NCBI RefSeq assembly: GCF_018977255.1
Contig: NW_024704743.1
Coordinates: forward strand, 49,292,001 to 49,356,000
Length of the DNA stretch: 64,000 bases
Direction: 5' to 3'
From: Callorhinchus milii
Taxonomy: Eukaryota
Part shown: positions 53,435-64,000 of the stretch, one piece after another
Numbering within the stretch: the first letter of the stretch is position 1
How the letters are laid out: each line of letters starts with the position of its first letter
Notes under the pieces: model-generated
What the model saw: only the letters and a program-made list of their open reading frames with translations
The model's database searches: none
What the model was told of the DNA's origin: nothing
Made by a program: the position numbers and the translations under genes

Positions 53435-53921
53435 GGGATTTACAAAAACGTTTTGACATTTTTGTATTGTACAACCTAAAAAGTGAAACAACCGTGATTA
53501 AAACTATAGGTATATATTTCCTGAAAATGTAGCTTTCTTTAAAATACTAATACTTTAATTTGAACAGTACAGCACTTACCAAGAATTTGTCGCAGTAGTG
53601 TCATTGTTAGCTATTCTGTCCTTCCAGGTTTCAACTTGTCACGGTCACCCCTTTGTTTTCTATGCCTGTCTGTTGTTTAAAATTTGTTCTGTATGTGTTT
53701 GCTAAAAGCATTAGCCAGTGAAAGTGTGGTTAGTAATTACCGATTGCGCTCGTGGAAACTCGGAAAGTGCCGAAGTTAAGTAGAAGTGGCTATAAGCGCA
53801 TTACAAATATATTGAGTAGCCCTTTAAATAAAATTTTTATTGTATTTAACGTTTTTAATACTTATGGTGCCATCAAGTCGATTGCAACAATTTGGCAGGT
53901 AACTGACTATCTATAATTTGC

Positions 53922-54230
53922 ATAATAATAATCCTTGCATTTGATATAGCGCTTTGGGACGTCCTCCCGACGTGAACACTGTACAGAACACTGTAAAGTG
54001 AATTGACTGTATATTTGTGGGCGAACGCGGCAGCCAATTGCGCACAGTAATGTCCCACAAACAGTCGTAGATTGAAAATGACCAATTTATTATTGTTTTT
54101 GGTTTTGGAGGGATTATTATTAGGCGTGTGGAGTAAGGAAACTTGCCCAAGGTTTCGCCCTGCCTGGAATTGAACTCAGGTCTCTCGCTTGCAAAGCGAG
54201 TGCTCTAACCACTGAGCTACAGGACTCCAC
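53922..54230 (-). mobile_element. Young tRNA-derived SINE, full length (short form), with micro-inversion in the tail
   Basis: Nearly identical to 30230-30552. Confidence 0.92.
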
Positions 54231-55164
54231 GTAAGTGGAGAGGAAGGTTCACTGTTTCCCTTTTGGGTCACTTAAAGGATGATTGTGATTGGACCATAAA
54301 AAACGCATCGATTACATCAAGTATCTGGTGCAATACAATTCCCATTGGGTTCCCTAATTCAGGGAGGGCCTCAATGCCCATAAAAGAACGAGCGCCATAT
54401 GCTCGTAGTCGCTATTTTTCTACCTGATAACAACAAAAGGTACTATCTGGCTATTGATGAGTAGTAGTGAAAGGCTGGTGCTTGGTGCTTTACATTAACT
54501 TCATTACAAGTGGCTGCTAGCATGTGTAGTTTAAGTGTGATTAATGTTTGTTATCTTATAGTTGTGTTTGTAGATATTTATCGTGTCGTTTAAGATTTAA
54601 GGCCGATGGTTGTGGATTTCATCTAAGCTGCAATAAACTTCCGTTGAGTTTACTTCACCGTGCTTTCTCGAGCTTTCTGATTAATCAAAGGAGGGAATAC
54701 ACAAACCGATTCAGCCTAGGTCACAGAGGTGTAAAATAAACCTCTGATTGACTGAAGCTTCCCAATTTGCTTTATTTTAAATAGCAATTGGTAGTACCTG
54801 TTGTCGCGGAAGGACTCATTAGTCAAGTTACACCGAGTTATAGGGACTTGCATTCATTAGTGAGAATTGAACACAGGCCACCCAGTACACTATGAGGGAG
54901 AGCGAGCCATATCGTCGATGTACATATAAGGGTGATAGAATCATCTCACACTTCAAAAGCTACGGAAGTGATTGCACTGATTTTTTTTAAACGAGGTAGT
55001 TAATTGATCCATTTGCTGTTCAAATATATTTTATTTTAACTGCATCGTGCCTGTTGCTCCCCTCACTGCCTCTCCCAAGGTTGTATGGTACGAGGCACCT
55101 TCAGTCACCATAAGTTGGCGTTCACGCAAATTTCCATTCCTCGTGGCGCCACTGTTTCTGCTAA

Positions 55165-55540
55165 ACTCGACTTCAAGATTCTCACTCGTCCACAAATGCC
55201 TTCATGCCCGGGCACCTAACCACCTCTCCAACCTGCTTACTACCCACGCCACCACCTGCCGCTCAGCTGGCTGCGCACTCCTGCGTGTCCCTCGTCCCCT
55301 CCGTTCCACAATCGGCCGCTGTGTTTTCAGTCACTACGGCCCGAAACATTGGACCTCTCTCTCTCAATCTCTCCGCCGTGCCCCTTCCTTCCCCTTTTCC
55401 AGATCACGCCTGAAGATCCTCCTCTTCGACCGTGCCTGCAGTCACCCTCCCCTGCCTCAGCGTCGGGCTCCGCCACAGTTAAGCTCTCCGAGACGCTACC
55501 CCAGGTGAAGGGAGTTATATAAATGCAAGTTGTTGTTGAG
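55165..55540 (+). mobile_element. L2 LINE 3' fragment with tail
   Basis: SRLKILLFDRA; tail tatataaatgcaagttgttgttg. Confidence 0.82.
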
Positions 55541-55599
55541 CAGAAACCCAGATGGATTCCTCTTCCTCTGTGCCCCCACACTTTGCATTGCCAGGGTAA

Positions 55600-56247
55600 T
55601 GAGCAAACCCCACGGGAGGCAGACAGACAGACAGACAGGCAGTGGAGCTGTTGAGAGCTGTCTGGGCGGGGACTTGTCTTTGCTTTGCTGTGAGAGGGGG
55701 ACAGACAGTGTTGGCAGATGAGGGCGGGTCAGACCCAGTTGGGTGTGTTTTGCTGCTGATTTGGGGGTGAAGAACAACAGCTTTGTGCTGACACCTGATT
55801 TAAAATACATCACTTGGTTGTCGGTTCCTTTGAAGACCTTTTCCTTATTACACGGTTTCAAAAGCACGGAGTTGGCCACTGCTGTGCCAAGGAGGCGCCG
55901 CACCGCACCGCTCCGCACCGCCCGCCCGCCCCGCCGCTCCGCACCCGCCCCGGGGCCGCTCCGCACCCGCCCCGGGGCCGCTCCGCACCGCCCGCCCGCC
56001 CCGGGGCCGCTCCGCACCGCACCGCCCGCCCGCCCCGGGGCCGCTCCGCACCGCACCGCCCGCCCGCCCGCTCCGGGGCCGCTCCGGGGCCGCTCCGCAC
56101 CCGCCCCGGGGCCGCTGTTTGGTTGACTTTGGGCTACAAACGTCTGGTAATTCCTGACAAACCCTAAACAGGACAGAGAGGCTCAGCCCCGAGAGGATCA
56201 CAGCATTTCCGCCCCTGTGAGAGCTGAAGACTCACTTGGGTGAGTCA
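55600..56247 (+). promoter_or_regulatory. Putative GSDME promoter / non-coding first exon (CpG-rich)
   Basis: GC boxes GGGCGGGG (~55664) and GGGCGGG (~55722); dense CpG; candidate donor G|GTGAGT after 56239 overlapping an AP-1 motif TGAGTCA; the ATG exon has an acceptor, so an upstream exon is required. Confidence 0.55.
55896..56116. repeat. GC-rich compound minisatellite (CCGCA / CCGCT / CCCG / CCCGGGG units)
   Basis: About 220 bp of reiterated CCGCTCCGCACC(CGC)nCCCGGGG, directly visible. Confidence 0.95.
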
Positions 56248-56400
56248 GTGTCTGTGTGTGAGTGTGTGTATCTGTGTGTCTGTGAGTGTCTCTGTGTGTG
56301 TGAGTGTCTGTGTGAGAGTGTGTGTGAGTGTGTGTGTCTGTGTGAGAGTGTGTGTGTGTGTGTGTGTCTGTGTGAGTGTGTGTCTGTGTGTGTGTGTGTC
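56248..56400. repeat. Imperfect (GT)n microsatellite
   Basis: GT dinucleotide run interrupted by GA/CT. Confidence 0.95.
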
Positions 56401-56698
56401 TTCAAGATGTCTCAAAGCACTTCACAGAATATACTGTAAAGTGAATTGACTGTATATTTTGTGGGCAAAACGTGGCAGCCAATTGTGCACAGCAGTGACC
56501 CACAAACAGTCATGGATTGAGTGACCAATTTATTATTTTTTGATTTTATTTTCTTGAAGGAATTATTACCCTCGTAAAAGTGATCCTCCAATTGACTTAA
56601 CAACCAGATTCCTACTCACTGCTAGGTAAACAGAGGTGTGTGGAGTAAGGAAACTTTCCCAGCGTTTCACCCTGCGAGGCTGAGCTACAGGAATCCAC
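56400..56698 (-). mobile_element. tRNA-derived SINE, long form, tail lost
   Basis: Same family; abuts the GT microsatellite. Confidence 0.85.
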
Positions 56699-56895
56699 AA
56701 GTGTTGAACATATTGATATCTTTGAATGAGAGGTTTTATTGGGCTGTAAGTATATTTCCAAATAGCACATTGCTGTACAGACGGTGATTGTCAGATTGTT
56801 TGTATTGCTTCATTAATAGCTGTTCAACTCAAGAAACTTCTACTGTAATAGACAAAATCATCTTTATTTTGTAGGTGGAAGTTCATCCTCTGAAA

Positions 56896-57106
56896 ATGTT
56901 TGCAACAGCAACCAACAGTTTTGTGAAACAGATCGACAAGGGTGGTGACCTCATTCCTGTTAGAAGTTTGAATGACTCGGATAAACTCCAGCTCCTGAGC
57001 CTGGCAACAAAGAGGAAGATGAGATGGTTCTGGCAAAAGCCAAAATACCACTCTTCTTCCTTCAACCTTGAAGACATATTGACTGGTGATGTGCACATCA
57101 AACCGG
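56896..57106 (+). CDS. GSDME: GSDME first coding exon (exon starts 56875, ATG 56896)
   Basis: ttttgtag| acceptor at 56874, G|gtactg donor, 211 coding nt. Confidence 0.93.
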
Positions 57107-60100
57107 GTACTGTTATAGTTCCTTACCAAATCAAATGATTTTTCAAAGCATTACTTATTAATTTGAATGTACAAAGGTAGTGAAAAATTCAAGACTCTTT
57201 TGCCCTATTTGATCCTGAACGGTTACATCAGTTAACATTACTACAACGTACAATAGGTTTTGAACCCCATTCCCTAGACTTTTCCTGGGGTGGTTTCAGG
57301 AATCAAATTGTGGCATTGCTGCAGTATAAGTCTGATTTCACTATTGGGAACCTTTTTATTTTTATTTCCATTGAACTCTGCTTTGATAAACAATTTGCCC
57401 CTCTCATGTACTTAAGACATGTTCTTAGATTTTACCAGACTTCAATTGAACAAACAAGGGGTAATGTACTCTTGCATTATCATGTGCTGGGAACTATGGT
57501 GACGTGTGCTGTCCATAACTTAAACTCTTGGTATCTTGCAGCTGTTAAAGAATCTAACTTCTTAAAGTATGAGGGAATTTTTGAAAACAGTGTTGGTGGA
57601 GCCATGAACACTTTGATTGCTGATATCAGCTTCCATATCGAAGGTCAGAACTCCATAGCACTGGAATCTTCCTTTGGAAAACTGAGGAAACAAGAAGTCG
57701 ATTTGCACCAAGTTTTGAAAATATCTCAAGAAAGGTAAAGGATGATACAACTACAGAATAATAAAAATAAATAATTCTTCTTATTTATATATTCTTTTAT
57801 CAAGATGTCCGAAAGCGCTTCATAAAAATACAATACAAAATTACATTTGTAAAGCTCCTTTCAAGTTGGGAGGATGTCCCAAGATGCTGAACAGTTAGAG
57901 ATTAGGGCCTGAGCGGTGGGGGTTAGGATCGGGGTCGGTGGCGGGCAGAGAGGGTGGCCGAAGGCATGGTTGAAGAGGAGGGTCTTGAAGGAAGTAAGGG
58001 AGGGAGCAAGGCAAAGGGAATGTGGTGGGGCAGGCTGGGTGGGGGACATGGAGCAGTCCAGAGCCTGCTGAGCGGAAAGAGCAGACAGGTTGCTAAGGGG
58101 TTAGAAGATCGGAGAGGTAGGAGGGGCAAAGCCATGGAGGGCCTTGAAGGTGAGGACGAAGATGGCCCTAGAGTGTGATAATTGTTATTTTGTAGGTGCA
58201 TAAAGCAATCAGTTTGCACACAGTAATGTCCCACAAACAGTGAATGACCAATTTTATTTGGAGAATTGGAGAAACTCCCTTGTTGAGTAGTGCCATGAGA
58301 TCTTTAATGTCACCTGAACAGACAGATGAGGCCTTGATTTGATGTTTAATTTGAAGGACTGCATCTTTAACAACGCAATACCCCCCAGTACTGCATTGGG
58401 TCAGCCTGTACTGTGTGAGCTCCAAATTCTGATGTGAGGCTTGAACCCACAACCTTCTGACTCCGAGTGCTGGCAACTGAGCCAGGCTGATAACCTACAT
58501 GACCTAACTCGTTGTTTTCTTTTCATCTGGAACCACTATTAGGTCAAACAAAAGCCAATGTAATAGTTGCCTACGAGCACAAGTTACTTTATAATAATAA
58601 TAATCCTTAAATTTGATGTAATAATAATAATAATACTTGCATCAGATACAGCGCCTCATCATGTCTTCGAGACGTCTCAAAATGCTTCCCAGAATATAAT
58701 GTAGAGTGAATTGACTATATTTTAGGGGCGAAACGCGGCAGCCAATTGCACACAGCAGCATCCCACAAACGGTCATGGATTGAAGTGACCAATTTTTTTT
58801 TTTTTTTGAAGGAATTATTACCCTTAGAAAAGCGATCCGCCAATCGACTAACAACCGGGTTCCTACTTACTGCTAGATAAACAGAGGGGTGTGGAGTAAG
58901 GAAACTCAACGTTTCGCCCTGCCAGGAATCGAACCCAGGTCGCTCGCTTGCGAGGCGAGTACTGTTACCACTGAGCTACAGGACTCCACATATAGTGCTT
59001 TATCATGTCATTGAGACCTGTCAAAACGCTGCACAGATTATACTGTAAAGTGAATTGACTGTATATTTTGTTGACGAAGCTTTCCTTCAACTGATTACAT
59101 GGAGAGAAAAGAGGGCATAACTGTTCAGAGAATGGGCTAATTTTAAAAGGAAGGAATGTTTACTTTATAATTAAGCTTTAAAATGCAGGATCATTTAGTT
59201 AATGCCACTGACATGTGCCTATTCAATAGTACACAAGAGTGAGTATATTAGTTTATATTGCTGAATTCATCAGACTATAAAGCTAACATAGAATCTAGCT
59301 GTAGGAAAATATTTTAGCTTCCCACCTAAATGATCCCACATGCCTTGGCCACAACAACAAGAGGGATGGTTCTGGCAAAGCCCAAATGCATTTTTTTTGT
59401 GTAGCCTCAGAGTCAGTTACTGGCAATTGCAAAAGATTATTCAATTAATTACTTATTTAATTGTGAATGCCCCTGCATAGAATCCCAGAAGCTTGACATT
59501 TCTTTGAAGTAGGCACAGAGCTCCAATGTCAGTTTGTGGTGATGTAATATACTAGCATGCAGCAGGAAGTTGTGGTTTTTCTTCAAAATTGTGGAAACGT
59601 ACTTCACACTATAAATACTTCTGTTTTTTTCCTTTCTCTTCCACTCCTGGTTATCTTCCATTTGAATATAATCTTTCTTGCTTCTCTGTCTTACAATACG
59701 ATACAAATTTACATGTATATAGCACCTTTCACGTTGGGAGGATGTCACAAGGCGCTGGACAGTCCAGGGTTTGCATTCAGCATGGGTGCCAGGTGGGTAG
59801 GGGCGATTTGGTAGCTGGGGTCAGTTGTGGGGGAAGGAAGGGGAGGGGAAGGTGGGTGGCTGATGGCATGGTTGAAGAGGAGGGTCTTGAGGCGGGACTT
59901 GGAGGGGGCGAGGCGGAGTGACTGGGGGATGGAATTCCAGAGGTTGGGGGCAGAGTGGCTAATGGCTCTCCCGCCAATGGTGGGGCGGGTGGGTTGGGAG
60001 TCGTGGAGCAGGCCAGAGCCGGCTGAGCGGAGAGAACGGGCGGGTTGGTAGGAGGTTAGGAGGTCACAGAGGTAGGGTGGGGCGCGAGGCCATGGAGGGC

Positions 60101-63100
60101 TTTGTATGTGAGGACCAGGATCTTGAACTGGATCCTCTGAAGGATAGGGAGCCAATGGAGTCGGGTGAGAGTGGGGGAGATGGGGTCACGGTGTTTGGTG
60201 CGGGAGAGGACACGGGCTGCAGAGTTCTGGATTATCTGCAGCCTGTGGAGGGAGGAGTTGGGAAGGCCGACAAGCAGGGCATTTGCATAGTCGAGCCTGG
60301 AGGTGATGAAGGCATGAACAAGAGTTGCAATGGCCTGAGGGGTGAGGTATTGGCGGAGTCGGGCGATGTTACGGAGGTGAGGGGAGGCAGAGCGGGTCAT
60401 GGCTTGGATGTGGGGAAGAAAAGACAGTTGAGGGTCGAACAAGACACCCAGGTTCCTGACTGGCTGGTGAGTTGAAGTGAGCAACCATGGAGGTTGATGC
60501 TGCCAGAGCCTGAGGTGCTGAGGCGCTGGCGCGAGGCAATCAGGAGGGCCTCAGTCTTGTTCACATTCAACTGTAGGAAATTTGCCCTCATCCAGGACTT
60601 GTTGTCCGACAGACAGTCTGTCAGGACAGCAGTGGTCCTGGAGTTGAGGGTGGAGGCAGAAACATAGAGTTGGGTGTCATCTGCATACATGTGGAAGTTG
60701 ACCCCATGTCTGCGGATGATGTCACCAAGGGGGAGCATGTAGGTATTAAAGAGGAGAGGGCCAAGGACAGAGCCCTGGGGGACACCAGACGTGACAGTGC
60801 GGGGACTGGAGGAGAAACCGTTAGAGGCAACAAAGTGGAGACGGTGAGAGAGATAGGAATCGAACCAGACAAGGGCAGACCTGTGAAGATTGAGTAAAGC
60901 GGAGAGGCGGTGTATGAGGATGGAGGGTCGACTGTGTCGAAGGCGGCAGAGAGGTCGAGGAGGACAAGGAGGCAGAGGGAGCCCTGATCACAGATGTTCA
61001 GAATGTCATTAGTGGCTTTGACCAGGGCTGTTTCTGTGCTGTGGGCAGCGCGGAAGCCGGATTGGAGGGGTTCAAAGAGGGAATGGTGAGAGAGAAAGGA
61101 GCGGAGCTGGGACATGACGACTCATTCCAGGACCTTGGAGAGGAATGGGAGGTTAGAGATGTGGCAGTAGCTGGACAGGAGGGATGGGTCCAGGGAAGGT
61201 TTTTTCAAGAGGGTGTGATGATGGCTGTTTTTAGGGGTGTTGGAACTGAACCGGTGGACAAGGAGAGGTGGATGACATCGGACAGGAGAGGGGCCAGAAG
61301 GTGGAGCTGGGAGACGAGGAGACAGGTGGGGATGGGTGAGGTGTAGGTCATGAGGGAGAGGTGATGTGGGGGTGGCTGTGGACGGGGCTGAGGTGGCTGA
61401 ACGTATCCCCTCGATTTTAGATTCGAGGAAGTCCAGCATCTCCTCACCATTGGAGTTTGAGGAGAGGATGGGAGAGGTATGGGAAGGTGGACGGAAGAGA
61501 TGGTTAGTGATGGAAAAGAGAAGCCTGGGGTTGTCCTTTGCCTCCAAGATAACCTTGGAGTAGAAGGAGGATTTGGCGGAGGCAAGAGCACAGCAGTAGG
61601 TCTTGGTGTGGTGAAGCCAAATCTGCCGATGGACCGTTAGTTTGGATTTGGTCCAGGCGCATTCGGCAGCTCGCACTTGTGCCTTGAGGGAACGGAGATG
61701 GCTGGTGTACCAGGAGTATTTACAGGATATGAGGCAGTTCAGGAGGTGAGGAGGGCAAGGGAATCCAGAATGGAGGAGAGAGAGTTGTGGAGAAAGGAGA
61801 GTGAGGAGGGGAGATCGGTCAGTGAGGGCAGAGGTGAAGGAGTTCAGATGACTCCAGGGCAGTGGAGAGGGAGGAAATTTTTTTCCATGGATGATATGTA
61901 ATGGTGGAGGGTTGGGAAGGGGTACTGAGGTGTTGAGGGAGATGAAGTGGTGGTCCGAGATGGCTTTATCGACGATGGTGATGTCCAAGATGGTGAGGCC
62001 CCAGTTGATCACCAGGTCAAGGGGGTGGCCATGGTCGTGGGTGGGGGAGTGGATGAGGAGGGAAGGTTAAGGGAAGAGAGGAGGGAGGAGAAGTCAGCAG
62101 AGGTAGAGCAGGAGGGGGTGAAGTGGAGGTTGAAGTCACCTAAGATAAGGAAGTGTTCAGAGCAGAGGGGGAGGGAAGATAGGAGGGTGGAGATGGCCGA
62201 GAGGAAGGTGGGGGCAGGCTTGGGGGGATGGTAAACAAGGACGATTTTGAAGGAAAGCCTGGAGGGGTGCTAGAGGGTAAGGTGTTCAAAGGAGGGGAAG
62301 GTTCCGAAGGAGTAAGGGCAAAGGTCGAGGGGGGACCGTGAGAAGACACAATCAGAAGAGTCTCAGTCTTCTCGAAGTTGAACTGGAGTTGAATTCCTAG
62401 TTCTTATTGCATTTACAACTTGTGCTTTATGGTGGATAAATAACAATCTGAACTGGTAACATTAACAATTGCTTCATTCTATCACAGATCATATGCAAAG
62501 TGATCAGCCTCTTATAATGTAATGATAAAGAACCATTTTACACTCAATACTCCGTGTACTCTACTTGTTTTAATTGAGAGACAAACTTGGCCCAGATCCA
62601 TTCCCTGAGAGGATGGATAAACCATCTCCCCTAGATTTCTGCAATAAGACACACTTACCATTGAGTGACTGGTATATGACTTCTCCACCACTGCGCTCTT
62701 AGAGTTTTGAAAGATCTCATCCACGCCATCAACTGGTTTGTTCTGACACTCGGGTCTCCAGACCTGGTGCTGTGTCCTTTGAATTTCATGAAGTTTTTAT
62801 GTCTGACCTCGGTTTATTCTGAACCTTTGGTGGCAATATTTCAAGAAATACCATGTGCAGGGCAGCATAGTATGCTTGATCTCACTCATGACCAGTGAAG
62901 CTCTTCAAAGGTGATAGTTTTTACTAGATAAATACAATGACTAACTAAAATATTTTAGGGATTTTTTTCTTACCGGAAGAGCTGTTCATCTCAGTCCCCT
63001 TTTCCCAAGCTACAGTAAGAAATCTGTAATGCACAGTTCATTGCGAAAAGCTTATAAACCCTGATTCTGTTTTAGTCTTGCTTTCCAAGGACTTTGTCAA

Positions 63101-63317
63101 TGTAAGACTTAAACGGTTATTCGATCCACTTGCTTACTTTTCCAGGACTATAAATATGAGGCACAGTCTTGTGCAGCAAACACGTGAAAGAGGAGATGAA
63201 GTCTTGTGTGTGGTTAATGAAAAGATTATCACAACCCAACAGTGCTTTATATCGGAGCACCTGCAGATTGCGGAAAAGTGTGGTGGCATGTTCGGACTCA
63301 AAATCAAAATGTTGAAG
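56896..63317 (+). CDS. GSDME: Gasdermin E (DFNA5), N-terminal pore-forming domain; first three coding exons, gene continues beyond the window
   Basis: [55 protein letters not shown] and [23 protein letters not shown] match recalled GSDME. Coding exon sizes 211/193/172 nt equal those recalled for human GSDME. Located downstream of OSBPL3. Confidence 0.95.
57542..57734 (+). CDS. GSDME: GSDME second coding exon ([12 protein letters not shown]...[16 protein letters not shown])
   Basis: ttgcag| acceptor, AG|gtaaag donor, 193 nt. Confidence 0.94.
57830..58165 (-). mobile_element. L2 LINE 3' fragment
   Basis: [20 protein letters not shown]; similar to 59745-60155. Confidence 0.8.
58190..58491 (-). 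mobile_element. DeuSINE-like SINE
   Basis: ttgaacccacaaccttctgactc...ctgagccaggctga is the reverse complement of the 223-290 head. Confidence 0.8.
58592..59077 (-). mobile_element. Nested SINEs: long-form copy (~58619-58989) inside the tail of an older copy
   Basis: Outer tail taatccttaaatttgat resumes after the inner copy as atagtgctttatcatgtc. Confidence 0.8.
59700..62340 (-). mobile_element. L2 LINE, ~2.6 kb 5'-truncated ORF2 (endonuclease remnant + RT + 3' tail), frameshifted, inside a GSDME intron
   Basis: Overlapping - strand ORFs give LKKPSLDP...[71 protein letters not shown]2-type tail near 59700. Confidence 0.93.
63146..63317 (+). CDS. GSDME: GSDME third coding exon ([11 protein letters not shown]...[15 protein letters not shown])
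   Basis: ttccag| acceptor, |gtatgt donor, 172 nt. Confidence 0.94.
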
Positions 63318-64000
63318 GTATGTATGCTGACTGATACGCATTTGTGTGTTTGCTTTGTGTTGTAAGACAAACTTAAAAAAATACACTTCATGCCTTTGTA
63401 ATGTGGACTTGGGAGCCAGCCCAATGGCACTGGACAATGAGTTGGGAGATTAACGTTAATAAGAGTCCTTTTTCAAATGCCTTGCAGTTTTTTTCTGCCG
63501 CTGTGCTTGTGTGTGTGTGTGTGTCGGCGAACTTGACATTATATGGGTATGGAAGCATTTTTACTGGATTGTTGCTTCAGTGGGCACAAAATATCATCAA
63601 GTGCATGGAATTTCTGGCTTCCCACCGCACAGGCAAAATAATAAGGCCACTTATTGTAAGAAGGTTGAGAATGTCTGAACCAGTGGGAATCTGATGGTGT
63701 TACTCCACTGCTCTTGCAAGTGGTGTATTGCATTTTGCCAATTAAAGCAGGCATCAGTATGACTTCTTAAAAATTGAATACACTGTGCCTGAGCAGTCAC
63801 ATCATTTCTTCTCTTAATATAGGAACAATGTTACACAAAATTTATGGATCACTTTTTTTCGTGGAAAAAAAGGCTTTTAAAATAAGACTGAATTGAACAA
63901 TTTTCCAAATTTTGCACAATCTTCAATTTATATTCTTATGATGTCCAAGACTTGTGAGATTATGGGACTCTGGAGTATTTGTCTAAATTTATAATGTGGG

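Noticed and set aside
55496..56201. Several overlapping Arg/Pro/Gly/Ala-rich ORFs on both strands
   Set aside because: Artefact of the stop-free GC minisatellite; no domain signal.
61122..62012. Longest ORF (296 aa) as a host gene
   Set aside because: Part of the frameshifted L2 ORF2.
62500..62900. ORF with faint integrase/CR1-like words ([18 protein letters not shown])
   Set aside because: No convincing catalytic motifs; cannot assign.
762..63317. Alternative assignment as OSBPL6 + PJVK
   Set aside because: The gasdermin motifs and exon sizes fit GSDME, OSBPL3-type motifs ([17 protein letters not shown]) are present, and no PRKRA was seen between the genes.
1..64000. CRISPR arrays, operons or prokaryotic defence systems
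   Set aside because: Intron-containing vertebrate DNA; recurring sequences are dispersed SINE/LINE copies, not repeat-spacer arrays.

Overview
Vertebrate genomic DNA, AT-rich and repeat-dense. The SINE/LINE repertoire suggests a cartilaginous fish, possibly a chimaera (inference). The + strand carries the 3' 14 coding exons of OSBPL3 (762-40175: FFAT motif and ORD domain, all splice phases consistent, stop at 40173-40175). It then carries the first three coding exons of gasdermin E (GSDME/DFNA5, 56896-63317, continuing past the window), the same order and orientation as in mammals. Between the two genes, on the - strand and head-to-head with GSDME, lies a spliced but disabled CGGBP1-like/hAT-transposase relic (~52580-53580). 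The intergenic region also holds a CpG-decayed 28S rRNA fragment (~44634-44893), a possible solo LTR (~46850-47840) and a CCG-rich minisatellite (55896-56116) in the presumed GSDME promoter/5' exon. The rest is tRNA-derived SINEs (young family, DeuSINE-like, AmnSINE2-like), L2, CR1 and L1 fragments, and an unclassified ~650-bp repeat. Homologies are from recalled sequences; no database search was run, and repeat boundaries are approximate.
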